NCBI GenBank assembly: GCA_048213135.1
Contig: PS015097.1
Location: 134,679 to 198,678, forward strand
Length of the DNA stretch: 64,000 nucleotides
DNA from: Reclinomonas americana ATCC 50394
Lineage: Eukaryota
Direction of reading: 5' to 3'
In this document: positions 1 through 12,603 of the stretch, piece by piece
How positions within the stretch are numbered: the first letter of the stretch is position 1
How the letters are laid out: each line of letters starts with the position of its first letter
Notes under the pieces: model-generated
What the model saw: only the letters and a program-made list of their open reading frames with translations
The model's database searches: none
Told to the model about the DNA's origin: nothing
Translations under genes and position numbers: made by a program

Positions 1-29
1 CGAGAGAGAGAGCTCCGAAAGAAAAAAAC

Positions 30-828
30 CTGGAGCGGGAATGGCCTCGGGCTTGTCGACCTTGTCACTGGAGCACACATTGACAAAGACCTTGATCGGC
101 TCGTCGGTGCGCTTTACCTTGAACACGAACTCCTGCGCTCGACAACAAGGGACGTGTGAGAAGAGGGAGGGAGGGAGGGAGGGAGAGAAGAGAGAGACTG
201 AGAGAGAGACTGAGAGAGAGAGAGAGGAGAAGAGAGAGAGACTGAGAGAGAGAGAGAGTGAGATGAGAGAAGAGAGAGAGAATAGGAGAGACTGGGAGAG
301 GGAGAAGAGAAGAGAGAGAGACTGAGAGAGACTGAGAGAGAGGGAGAAGAGAAGAGAGAGAGAGAGACTGAGAGAGAGAGGGAGAAGAGAAGAGAGAAAG
401 ATGAGAGAAGAGAGAGAGAGAATAGGAGAGACAAGTCTGAAATGCACAAGTCAGAGACTGACCGGCGTCGGCAGAATGATTTGCGCAGTCGCCGACTTGC
501 CCTGCTCAGCCTCCACTTGCCGAATGTACTGCTCATACTCCTGCACACACACACGAACACACACAATGAGCACACACACAGAGAGACAAGAGAGATGCGA
601 TGGAGATCATCCACCTCGCGCGCCTCCGGACTCTGCAGCTCCTCCAGGTACTCCTGAAACATCTTGGCAAACTCCGGGTTCTTCATCGCCTCATTGAAAC
701 GCTGACGCTCCTGCGCTCACACACAAACACACACACAGAGAGACAAAGAGAGAGTGAACATCTCACGCGCGCGCAACACACACTCTCTCTCTCTCTCAAG
801 CACACACCTCAGGCGTCACATCGCCCAT
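30..828 (-). CDS. DNAAF2: Dynein axonemal assembly factor 2 (kintoun/PF13, PIH1 domain), 5' part; gene continues beyond window start
   Basis: Exons 828-808, 710-615, 540-463 and 132-30 with GT-AG introns give MGDVTPEERQRFNEAMKNPEFAKMFQEYLEELQSPEAREEYEQYIRQVE...IILPTPEFVFKVK...KVFVNVCSSDKV. This matches the kintoun N-terminus plus the PIH1 KVFxNVC motif. Confidence 0.85.
156..432 (+). repeat. Imperfect (GA)n microsatellite inside a DNAAF2 intron
   Basis: Directly visible GA/GAGA run. Confidence 0.95.
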
Positions 829-970
829 GGCCTCACTCGTGGGCGGCCCAAACGGTGGCGGTTGCAGAGGATCACTCATTCTCTCACTGACACACTAACA
901 CAAAGACAAACGCTCGTTGATTGCAGTTTCGTTCCTGCGAATCTGCTCACCTTTTTGCTGCTGTTTACTA

Positions 971-1276
971 ATGACGAGTTTCGACGAGGAGAGTGCAGTG
1001 CAACTCATCCGCGAGTTCCTCGGCGCTCAGCACTATGCAGAGACACTGACGCGCTTTGAGGAGGAGCGCAGTGCAAAGCAAGCTGCTGGAGGAGGAGGTG
1101 CTGCGCAACAGCAGCTGCAGCAGGAGCCTCCAAAGGAGCTGTGGACTGCGGATAGTGTGGTGGTGAGTGGGAGGAGAGAGAGAGAGACAGGAGAGAGGAG
1201 AGAGTGAGTGGTGAGACTGGTGACGCACACACTCTTGCACACACACACATAGCAACGGTGATCAACCACTGTGATC

Positions 1277-1309
<33 letters not shown>

Positions 1310-4300
1310 NNNNNNNNNNNNNNNNNNNNCACACACACTGTGTCACGCACAGATCAACGCACTGCGATCAATCCTCATTCTTCAATCCTCACCTGTCTGT
1401 CTCTTCTCCCTGTCGCAGGCCGAGTTGGAATCATCGTTTGTGGCTGGCGAGACATCGGCGTTCTTTGACACGTGGGCGAAGCGCGTTCAGGCGCGTGCAC
1501 GATCCACGGCCGATGGCGTGCGCCTGGAGTTCTTTTGTCGCGTGTACTTTGCGCTGTACAGTCACATGGTGGCGGAGCAGCGACCGGCGTCGGCCACGGT
1601 GGTGGGCACCAGTGGTTTGTCGGCCATTAGTGAGGCCGATAATCGGCGGCGAGTGCAGCACTTTCGGGAGTACCTGGAGACGCACAGCGATGAGTTGGCG
1701 TACTCGAGTGACTATCTGCCGTTCTTTGCGCTGCCGTACGTCTCCAACCCGAAGCGGCATCCCACCTTTGCTCACCTCTTCAAGGTTGGTGGCGATGTAT
1801 TACTTCATTCTTCCTCGTGTGTGCATGCGGTTCACGCAGAAAATGCGCAGTCGGAGTGGAGTGAGAGCCTGATGGTGGACGTGGAGGAGTTTGCGCGTGC
1901 GTGGCTGGTGTCGGCCACACAAAAGCCGCGACTGCTGGAGTTGGTGGCACAGGTAACATGTACATGATCGGTTGATGAAAGACAGTGGCCAGTGCTGACA
2001 CACACACACATACACACACCCAGGATCGCGAAGCAATGCGTCGCGGTGGTGACGCCCTCGGCAGCACACGGCAGCTGCAGCAGCAGCTGGCCGACTCCAC
2101 TGCACTACATGCTCGCCTCTTCCAGCTCACGCGACAACTGCTGCGCTGTGTGGAGTCGCTGTCGGTGTCACAGAGCTCGCGGGTCTGTGTGTGTGTGTGC
2201 CCTTTGATGATCAATCCATCTCCAGCGCTCACTGGTGAGTCATCACAGAACCTCGACGAGTTTATCGATTACGTGCACGGCGAACTGGAAGAGCTGCGAC
2301 CGCTCTCTGTGGCCCCATCACCCAAGCACGGCAATCGTGGACATGCGCCAGCTCCTGGTCGCTCCTCCGCCTCGCCACCACTACCGCAGTCGAAAGCATT
2401 CTCCATGGCCTCCACTGCATTCTCTGTTGTCGGCAGCTCCTCCACGTCACCGACGGGCGTGCCCCTTAGCCGCCCCATCGGCACCAGTGTGGGCGGGATG
2501 CCAGGCGATCGACCCGGCTCGGCACGACCCAAGAGTGCACTGGCTGGCGACGTGGCCCCTGCGCCACTAGATTACGGTTTGTTGCATCAGGACATGCTGT
2601 CGGAGATGAATCCGGTCGAGAAGGCGTACTTGTTGCAGGCGCTGCGATGGGTGTGTGTTGTCTCTGTTTGTTTGTGTGCGTTGTCGTCGGCATGTGACTC
2701 AATACGCCGCCATCACCACTGCACGCTCGCAGCGTCTCACCAAACCCGGTGTCAAGGCCAAGAAGCGCGTGCAGATGCAAGTGTTGATTTCCTACATTGA
2801 AAACGACCTGCTCGGTCTGAAGGCCACTGGCGACCTGAAGGTATGCAGCGCGCTGACCGAAGTGTCCTCTCATTGCCTTGCTCAAATTTAGTGCTTGGCG
2901 CGTGCGCGTGCAGCACATTCTCGATCGACTGTGCCAGGATGGCGACAGTCCAGAGGACGGCATGGTGCGCGAGTACACGCTGCGTCTCATGAACTCGCTG
3001 GCCTCGTTTGTAGCTGGTGCTGCGTTCTTCATCGCTCTCTCTCCCTTTCTTCCGGAAGCCCGCTCTCACATGGCGCCCGTTTCAGGTCGCAAGTACTTGC
3101 TGGACGACGAGAACATTATCGATCGTCTCGTCAAGGTCTCGCGTGACGAGCAGCAGGACAGTTGTGCACGGCAGAACGCCATTGGCATTTTGCAAAAGTT
3201 TTCACTTCGGTGCGTTGCACCCAACCGCAATTCTCCACAGCTAGGCGACTCACGTGCTCTCTTCGCCTGGCAGTCGTGCGGCGCAAAATACCATGATTGA
3301 CAAGGGTGTGATTGAGATGCTGATTGAGCTGTTCCGGGCGGATTCAGGGTCGGACGAAGGGTTGCGTGGCGTGGCGCACCGAATGGAGACGCGATGGTGG
3401 AGACTGACATGCAGCGGTGGTGTGATGCAGGCTGAGCGAGTATACGTCGCAGTATGGCACTGCGTTGCTCATGAATCTACTCCTGCGACACTCGGGCAAG
3501 GTGCGAGCGGAGAGCGAAGGCGACAAGTTGCTGTCGGTGTTGATGGACATGCTGGATCACGAGAATTTGCAAGTTGCGTGCCAAGGTAGCGAGTGGACTG
3601 CGTCTCGGGCTAACAGTGGATATCGCGACACAGGTGCGAACCTACGTCAATGGTGCGCTGTACTCGGCCTTGTCGCGCACGGCGCTGCGGGAAAAGGGAC
3701 ACGAGATTGGACTGCCGGCCATGCTCACCGAGTTGGCACAACGATGTCCCGACGAGGATGTGGCGCGACAGCTTGGTTTCATTCAGCAGCAGCTGCTTTC
3801 CACAGGTCAGTGTTCTTTTACGAGGATGGGGAAGCGGGGTGAGCATCTCGGCTGATAAAATAGATCATGCAGCACCGGATGACGACGAGAGCGACGGCGA
3901 AGATGGTGAGGACGGCGACGATGTGACCGATTTTGACGATGATGAGGATGTTTCGTGATTCATTCGCCGACACGCCGTGTGTGTAAACAAGCATCCACTG
4001 ACTTGATTCGTGCGCAGGAGGACATGTATGACGACGAGCCGGACGATGATCCCGAGACGCTGCCGCTGCGTGCGGGACTGCAGGGTGAACGGATTCTCGT
4101 CGCCAAGTATCTTGCATCAGAGGTAATGCACCGTGCACCTCGTTGTTTCCTCCGCCGAGATGATACTCATTCGTGGCACAGGACAAGGCCCATCACGATG
4201 TCGTCAACGTATCGCAGTCGATTGACTTGCGCATCAAGGTGATCACTCCGCACGTGTGTGCACGCGCGTCCTTTTCCCTCTCACACCGTCACGCACACGC

Positions 4301-4895
4301 ACAATAGCAACAATCGGCACGAGCGGTTCCCGCCGGAATTCGCGACGGCGGCGTGACAGAATCCATGGAACTCGGGCGGCCGCAGACGGGTTCAGGTCTG
4401 CTTCAAGTGACTGATGAGCGTGTATCCACAATGCTCATCCTTTCCCCGTCCCGCAGTGCAACGCGACGCCGCGCAAATCAAGCTGGTGAAAAACTCGGTC
4501 CGCGTGGCCGAGCCACTCAGTCCAACATCGCGTGGACCACAACAGTCAGCGCAGTCGCACCACACTCCACCTCCACCAGGCTCCGCAGCCAGGGAGTCAT
4601 GGACTGAGGATGGTCCCGAGCCCACACCACCGCCGGCGTTCTACAAGACCACCATGGAGGAGGAGGGCCAGCTGGCGGCAGCCCTCGGAACTCCACCACC
4701 GCCCAAGAAGGGAGTCGCCGAGCCTCAAGAGTTGCGCGCGCACACACACACCTTGTTCCCCTCGCACAGAAGACTCACTCACTCCTCCACACACGTGCGT
4801 CGTCGTCGCGTCACAGGGCACGAGAGTATGCCTTCGCCTTTGCCACAAGGCCAAAAATGCCGAGAACTCCGGCCGGTCCTCGTCCATCGCTGTAG
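971..4895 (+). CDS. ARMC9: LisH domain-containing armadillo repeat protein ARMC9 (multi-exon)
   Basis: N-terminal LisH-like LIREFLGAQHYAETLTRFEEE; LEFFCRVYFALY; YLPFFALPYVSNPKRHPTF; LLQALRWRLT; GRKYLL; ARQNAIGILQKFSLR; LSEYTSQYGTALLMNLLLRHSG; VRTYVNGALYS; C-terminal AFATRPKMPRTP. Confidence 0.9.
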
Positions 4896-4962
4896 ACGAC
4901 GTAGGGCCACCCACTGTGTGTGCATAATGAACATGAATCGACAAAATCCTATTGTGTACTCG

Positions 4963-6209
4963 TCATTCCCGGTCCCTGCTCTTGGTCTTGCCGGCAAACT
5001 TGCTCTTCTTCTTCTCCATTTTCGCAGGTGTTGGCTTGCGACTGCTGCTGTCCACATCCATCTTCTGCGCAAGTGGGCATGAGAGGGGAGGAAGGAGGAG
5101 GAGGATGAAGAGGATGGTGTCGGACCTTGCTGGGAGCGGCCGGTTTGGTGGTCGGGCTGAATGACACACGCTGTCCGCCTTGCTCACGCTGCGCCTTCTT
5201 GGCAATGAACTGGGTGTTGTGTGCACGAGTGAGCCAGGGCGATGCATGCATTCAAGGACAAGACGGTCAGGCCACACCTCTTCCTTTTCTTGCAACTCTT
5301 GCAGCTGCTTCTCGCGCAACTCGGCCAGACGTGCTTCCTGCAACGCGACGTGTCGGCATGCCAGGATGCACAACAACGAACAAGATACCATCGTCTCCAC
5401 TCACCCTGGCCTCGAGCTTAGATCGCTTCCTCTCCTCGCGCTTCTCCTTCAACATCTTCTGCTTCTCCACTCGTTGTTGCTACGCCACTCATCAGCTCAT
5501 GTGCGCGGAACTCAGCTTCAACACACAAGCCTCACCTGACGTCGCGCAGTGTCTCGCTTCTGCTCCTCCTGCTTCCCCACCACTTGCTGCAATCACACGG
5601 AAGATCAGCACCACCAATGACACGCGCGAGGGGGGAGACACACGCCGACAACGCAACATCCATGATGTTGAGCATGGCCGATGGCACCTCTGCAAACTTC
5701 TTGCCCTTCTTCCGACTGATGTGTATCTTGCCCTGCGCATCCACCCGTTGCTTCTTCCTTGCAGGTGCCAACTCTTCCTCCACCGCCTTTTCCGCGCCTT
5801 TTGCTCCCTTTTCTGCAACGGCCTCTGCCTCGCGAGGTCTCTTGTTGGCTGCAGTCGGCTTCTTGGCAGTGGCAGTCGCTGTCACCAGTGGCAGGCGCGC
5901 GTGCAGCACACCATCCACGACTTCTGCACTGCCTGCACGCACATTGACTTGAACTCCATTGGGGTAGGGCACTCTGTGTGCGCGTGTGTGCGAGGGCGTG
6001 CGTGTGTGTCAGGTTTCTGCGTATGTGCACATGCACATGCACAGCAGGCGAAAAACAGGACGCAACTCGACGCGCGACTTGCCCCGCGCGTACTCCACGC
6101 AAAAGTGTGTGGCTGTGGGTGCAATGCGCAGGTCATCCAGAGTGGCCTTTGGTGGCAGCTTGACAGTGGCCACCACCTCCTGAGCCGTGACCTCGAACTC
6201 GCACTCCAT
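4963..6209 (-). CDS. Uncharacterised protein: N-terminal CS/p23(HSP20)-like beta segment followed by a Lys/Glu-rich coiled-coil tail
   Basis: MECEFEVTAQEVVATVKLPPKATLDDLRIAPTATHFCVEY...ELR...YPNGVQVNVRAGSAEVVDGVLHARLPLV resembles a CS/HSP20-like fold. Downstream exons are highly basic (KEKREERKRSKLEAR, MEKKKSKFAGKTKSRDRE). Confidence 0.6.
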
Positions 6210-6333
6210 TGTCTCAAAAAAAAAGGCAGTCCTGTGTGACAGCCTTCTTCGTTCTTCATTCTCACAAAAGGCACAGGTGGGTGGCGGTGGTGGTGATGGT
6301 GGTGGTGGTGGTTGTTGTTCGGGGTACACCAGC

Positions 6334-8486
6334 TCACAGCATGATTAGGCCGACCTGATTGCTCTGAAGTGGCGGGCAGCGGAAGTTGTAGAGGTAAAAA
6401 TTGAGGGTGCCGTCGCCAGGACCGAACTTGTTCGGGCGCAGCCAGTCCTCGCTGTTCATCATCTCCAGTGCGTTGAAGACATCGAAACCAGCCTGTGTAT
6501 GGGTGAAGAGAGAGAGAGAGGGATCGATCAGGTCGATTATAAAATATCGATGATAATGGAGGTAACAACTGACCTGCTTGGCCAGCCTCAGCATGTCTTG
6601 CGCCAGCTGCTGTACATCGTTCACCGAGGTCACCTGGTAGAACGAGTACGCCGCCATCAACACCTTGTGCTTCTCATGTCGCATCACGGTCGAAGGCAGT
6701 GAGTAGAAGCTGCCAAAGTCTGTCACATCGCCACTTGCGTTCTGCCGCCGAGAGTCGGGTCAGTCCAAACAAACAACAAACGACACGTGATAAGAGCCCA
6801 CCTCGACCACATATGTCCACACGACCTTGTCGCGCGGCATGAACCAGTGCGCCACCTCGTCTTCCGAGTAGATTTGGTGGAACTTGAAGCGTGCCAGGAA
6901 TTCGTTAAAGACACGCGTCATCGACGGCACATGTCGCAGCTCCATCGGTCGCAGCGGCAGCACGGTCTCGGGCGACAGCTGGTACAGGCGCTTGGTCATC
7001 TTCATCGGATTCTTGAAGCGTTCAAACTGGCGTGGGATGCGCGAGAAACCAATGGCAATCAGCTTCTCTGGGTTGAGCGAGCGGTGCCAGTATTGGCACT
7101 TGCCGACGGGCCGCGGCAGCAGTGTGCCGGCCGTGTAGACAGCTTGCCAGATGTTTTCCCGGTTGACACGGCGGGTGATTTCGGAGATGAGCTTGGGGGC
7201 GAGGCGCTTGGAGCGCAGCTCCTTGTGCACGCACAGGAAGTTGATCTCCACCATCATGCGAGTGCTGGTGACGATGATGATGACATGAAGGAGAAGTGAG
7301 CGAGTGAGTGAGTAAGTGAGCGAGTAGGTGGTGAACGTGACGCAACTCGCTCATCACTGTCATGTGAATCGGAATGGCGGAGATGAAGCCGACAATCACG
7401 CGAGTCTCCTTGACGCGCACACCCACATGCCAGATGCGCTTGAAGCCTGGTGGCTTGAGCGACCACAACAAAAACTCAGGCTGGTAATCGAAGCGGAACA
7501 TGGCATCGTCGTCCTCCACGTAGTTGTCGCGCAGCAATTCGTACACCTCTCGCAACTGCGCTGCATGTCAGGAAAGAGAGAGATGGAGAGGGCGCAAAGT
7601 GTCGCCACAGACCTCACGCTCATTGTCCACATCCACCGACACCCACTCAAAGGCATCAGGCAACTTCAGCGGCTCGGCCGGGATGGCGTCGACACCAGGC
7701 GATGCCTCAATCTCACCAACATCCTCCGGAATCTCGGCTGTGCGATGTCGACGGATGAGCGAAGAATTCCACAACAGCGAACGACTGAGTTGTCTTCAAC
7801 AGTCAATCAACAACAAACAGCCTACTCTGTCCAAGTGTCAAGCTCGTCGTCGTCACTGTCAGGCTGCGACGATCTACGTCTCTCTCCCTTCTCGTACAAG
7901 TGCACATGCTGTCTCCCGAGCACCAATCTCTCCTCTCTTTCCCTGTTGGATCACCACCTGTCCTGTCTCTCTGCACATCCCACTGACTCACCAAGACGTG
8001 TCACCGGCTGCGTATCCCAGAACTTGTGCTTCTCGTTCTTCTTCTCCTCGGGAATGTGCAGCGGCTGCATGAAGCACAAGCAACAGTGTCAATTCCTCTT
8101 CTCAGGCAATCAAACAATCCACCACACACAAGCACGAAACATCGTTTCGACTGCGACGTTTCCGCTCTTCCTCCGGATCGATCTCGTCATCATCGGCCAC
8201 AGGCTATGCGAGAAATAATAGCACACACACACTTGTCAGAGGAGGCATGAGCGATGAGAATGCCTCTCTGTGTGTGTTGCCTCTGTCTCTCTGTCTCTCG
8301 CAGTGTGTGCGTTGGTGTGTGCGTGTGTGAGCGTGCAACGACAATGCGCGTGAGACATGGCGCGAGAAGAATTGCATGCATGCGCTGTCGTGCTGTATGT
8401 ATGTGTGTCTGTGTTGCTTGCTCGCATATGGCGTGTAGATGAGAGGAACGCACCGGGTCGCGGCTGCCTCCCTCGTTCTTGCTCAT
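6334..8486 (-). CDS. NMT: Glycylpeptide N-tetradecanoyltransferase (N-myristoyltransferase)
   Basis: [102 protein letters not shown]-terminal VGLIML. Confidence 0.97.
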
Positions 8487-8785
8487 CGTGCCTGTCGTAA
8501 TCAAAACAATTGGGACACAAGGACGTGAGAAGTTTGCGACTTGTCTCTCCCACTCGTTTTGCACAGTTTTTTTCAGCGTGCGTACACTAGGGCGAAGCCG
8601 ACGAGAAAAAGCGAGTCACGGGAAGAAAAAAGAGAGAGGTATGGAGACAGAAGGAGAGACAAACGCCCAATGAGTCGGGGCGCAGACGACGATGACAACC
8701 AAAAAAAGAAAGAAAAGAGCGAGAGGATAGTAGGAGAGGAGAGGAGAGGCACCGCAGCAGCCTCCAGCTTCTTCGAGTACACAGA

Positions 8786-10510
8786 TTACGCGACCGGGTC
8801 AAACGGTGGTTCTGAGGTCCTGTCCATCACCGCCTTCCAGTCAATAGTGTCGAACCACGGGTGCGCCATAATGTCGTCGACGCCAGTGGGGCCGTATCCC
8901 AGGCGCTTTTCAGGCTCACGCACAAAGAGCTGCAAGACGACGAGTTGTCGTTAGTTGCAAGCTTTCCATTCCCACGCAGACCAAAAAACACACGCAAACA
9001 CACACCTTGGACATAAAGTCCTTGCACTCCTCCGACAACCAGTCTGGGTACCTCACCTCGGCCGTCATGATGAGTTGTATTATTCCGTAGTCGTTGGGTG
9101 CCCAGAACGGTTTCTGTGCACGCGCAATGAGAAACCTCGCGCACTAATTCCACCCCCCTTTTCAAATCAGCATCGTACCTCTCCCAGCATTTCCATCAGA
9201 ATCACGCCCATGCTCCACCAGTCAATGGCCGGCGAGTAGATCTCGTTGATCATGTCGGGGGCCTGGTACATGGGTGTTCCGAGGTACGTCTTCAGCACGG
9301 TGTTGGAGCTGGCGAGATCCTTGGCCAGACCGAAATCGGTCAGCGCAATGTGCCCATTAGCGTATATACAAATGTTGGAGGGCTTGAGATCGCGGTGCGA
9401 GATGCCACACGAGTGCAGGTGACCCACGGCCAGAATCAACTCGCATGCAAACAATCGTACAGTGTCCTCGTCAAACGGACCGGACTCCTCCAGCTTTTGC
9501 GCCACGTCGCCTGCGCCATCATCATCTCGTGTGTCAGCACGAGGAGGACAGAGAGAAGGGAGGAGAAAAAGGCGACTGGCATCACCTTGCGAGCAGTAGT
9601 CCATGACGAGATTGAGCAGGCCCTCCTCGACAAACGCAAACACCAGGTTGACCACGTACGGGTGCTTGACCTTGTGCAGAATGTTCGTCTCGGCATCGGC
9701 ATACTTTTCCAGATTGCCCTCCGCCAGCTTGTGCACATCCATTTGCTTCAGCGCAAACACCACTCCATCTACACACACACACATGTAAGTAAGTGAGCAG
9801 AAAAAAATGCCATGATCAAGAAGAATGAAGCAAACTGCCATCCGCGCGTGTGCATGTGCGCGCGCGCGCAAAGTGCCCACAGATAGCACACACACACTAC
9901 GTGACAAAGACAAGCGCGAAAAAGCGGGGCGTCGTGTGTGAGGGCGAGCATTCCGCCTTGTGCTCGACAACACACGCAGAAAAGACAACACACAAAGCCC
10001 GAACAATCACGCTCAATTCCCCCGCTCCTCTGCTGCCATCACATGCCAAGCACACACGTACTCCTTAGTAGCATTGTGTGTGCGCGTGTGAGAGAGAGTG
10101 CGAGAGAGAGAGAGTGAGGGAGGGGGGGGGACGCGCGCGGGGGAATACGAGGAGTGGAGAGGAGAAGAGTGTTGCGCGTGGACATGTCGCGCTCAGTGTG
10201 TGCGCGTGTGTTGAGAGAGAGCGCGCGCACCGTACTCGGGTCGCTGTCCGTCGACATCAATGTACTTGGCGGCTGACACAGTGCTGCAACAAGAAGAGAG
10301 AGAGAGAGAGATCAGAAGAGAGAGAGAGAGTCTTGTGTGCAACCAAGAGCGCTTACCCAAAGGATCCGACACCAATGGTCGACACCTTGTCAAAGTTCTG
10401 CGCGTGTGTGAGTGTGAGCAAGTGCGTGTGTGTGTGTGTGCAAGAGCAGACAGACAACAAACCTCCAGCGAGACTGGCTTGCCATCGGGTGTGTGCCGTA
10501 CTACACTCAT
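8786..10510 (-). CDS. AGC-group serine/threonine protein kinase (S6K/PKA-like catalytic domain, short)
   Basis: IGVGSFGTV, FALKQM, HPYVVNL, HRDLKPSNI, LTDFGLAK, GTPMYQAPD, DWWSMG, EPEKRLG, HPWFDTIDW...EPPFDP. Confidence 0.9.
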
Positions 10511-10536
10511 GAATGCGTGAACAAGGGAGGTCGCGT

Positions 10537-10579
<43 letters not shown>

Positions 10580-10681
10580 CAGGGAGATGAAGAAGGCGCG
10601 GGGATGAGGGTTACGTATACCAATAGCCGTGGGAATTGCGCGCATGGTGACCGTGACCCCTTCTCCCGCATTATCAAAGCC

Positions 10682-12429
10682 ATGTTTGCGAGAGTGTTGC
10701 GGCCGTCGTGCACACGCGCCTTTGCGTCGTACGTGAACCCACCACGCGTGTTTGTCAATAAGGAGACACGCGTCATTTGCCAGGGTTTCACCGGAAAGCA
10801 GGTGTGTGTCTCTCTGTGTGCATGTGTGCGAATCAACTGCTCCCCTTGTCTGCCTGGTGTGCATGCGTGCTTGCGTGTCTCTCTATGTGTGTGCGCCTGC
10901 GCGTGAGAGGAGAGTGCGTGCGTGGTGCTCATGGAATCGCCATGTCTTGCGGCCTCTCTGTCTCTCTCTCTCCTCTCTCTCTGCGCATCTCCGTGCCTGT
11001 CTCTGTTGTCTCTCGCCGTGTTGCGCGTGTGTGCATCCACACCACCTTCATCGACCGGAATTTGCATGCTTGTCTCGTGTCTCATCAGCATTCCTCTTTC
11101 ACACACACACACAGGGAACCTTCCACTCGGAGCAAGCGCTGGCCTACGGTGTGGCATTATCGTCACAAAACGAACTGTGTCATTGTGCACAAAAATGCTC
11201 ATCTTCTCTGTCTGCAGGCACACAACTCGTGGGCGGTGTGACTCCCAAGAAGGGCGGCACAACACATCTCGGGCTGCCCGTCTTCAACACAGTCAAGGAG
11301 GTCTGTGCTGTTGGCTGTTGTTCACATCTCTCTCTTGCTCACTGCATTGTTGGTTTGCGCCAGGCTGTGGCTGGTGTGAAGCCGCATGCGTCGGTGATTT
11401 ACGTGCCGCCGCCGTTTGCGGCGCAGGCCATTCTCGATGCGATCGAGGCCGAGCTTGATCTCGTGGTGTGCATCACTGAGGGTATTCCCCAGCACGACAT
11501 GGTCAAGGTGAGAGATGTGGCGATCAGTTCCCGTTGTGGTGTGTGTTGCTCACTCTTTCGCCTGGTGATGCAGGTCAAGTACGCTCTGAAGGAGGCCGGT
11601 GGCAAGACGCGACTGATTGGCCCCAACTGCCCCGGAATCATCAAGCCCGACGAGTGCAAGATTGGCATCATGCCCGGCTACATTCACACCAAGGGCAAGA
11701 TGTTGCGTCTCATTCCTCACTCTCCTCTTCTCCGTCTCGTCTCACATCCTCCATGACAGTGGCATCGTCTCGCGCTCGGGCACACTGACATACGAGGCTG
11801 TCGCGCAAACCACGGCTGCTGGCCTGGGACAGTCGACGGTGTGTGTGCTCAGAAGACCAGAGCACGACTGTTCAGTTACAGGTCTCCTCACGCACGTGTT
11901 CCCCCACTCTCGCAGGTGGTTGGCATCGGTGGCGATCCGTTCAATGGCACGAACTTTATCGATGTGTTGGAGCGCTTTGTGGCTGATCCGGAGACGCAGG
12001 GTTGCGTTGTTTCTCGTCGAGACCTTGAGCATCGAGAGTTGTTGCTCACTCACTCTCTCTCCCTCGTGCAGGCATTATCATGATTGGCGAGATTGGTGGT
12101 TCCGCAGAAGAGAATGCTGCTCAGTTTATCAAGGAGAGCGGCACGCAGAAGCCAGTGGTCTCGTTCATTGCCGGTCGCACAGCACCCCCAGGACGCCGCA
12201 TGGGTACATTTCCATTTGCTTTCTTCCATGTTTTTTTGTTGCTGCCTGCCTCGCTCACCATCGCCCGTCATCCGCAGGTCATGCTGGTGCCGTCATTGCT
12301 GGCGGCAAGGGAGACGCCGAGTCGAAGATTGCGGCACTGAAGGCTGCCGGCGTCGCCGTGGCCGACTCACCTGCCAAGCTCGGCACGACGATGCTCAATT
12401 CGATGAAGGAGCGCGGTTTCCACGCGTAA
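10682..12429 (+). CDS. SUCLG1: Succinate-CoA ligase subunit alpha, mitochondrial
   Basis: Presequence [87 protein letters not shown] (phospho-His motif). Confidence 0.98.
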
Positions 12430-12603
12430 GCCGCGTGTCTGTGTTCGAGTAGCGACGGGGAAAGGCACTGCTGCTGCCACTCGTGCGCGCGTGTGTGTGT
12501 ACTCGTTCTCTTCGCGTGTTGGCGTCGACTGAAAATGCACATGCAAGCGTCGTTGTTGTTCCACGGATACGCTTTTATGACATGGCGGTGCGACGGCGTG
12601 GAC

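Noticed and set aside
829-970. RFX X-box in the DNAAF2/ARMC9 promoter (GTTGCAGAGGATC)
   Set aside because: Only a half-site match, and nothing convincing upstream of BBS8 or CEP41.
5127-8218. Long antisense ORFs (5127-6239, 7328-8218, and similar ones elsewhere such as 15801-17123)
   Set aside because: Shadow frames of GC-rich coding exons on the opposite strand.
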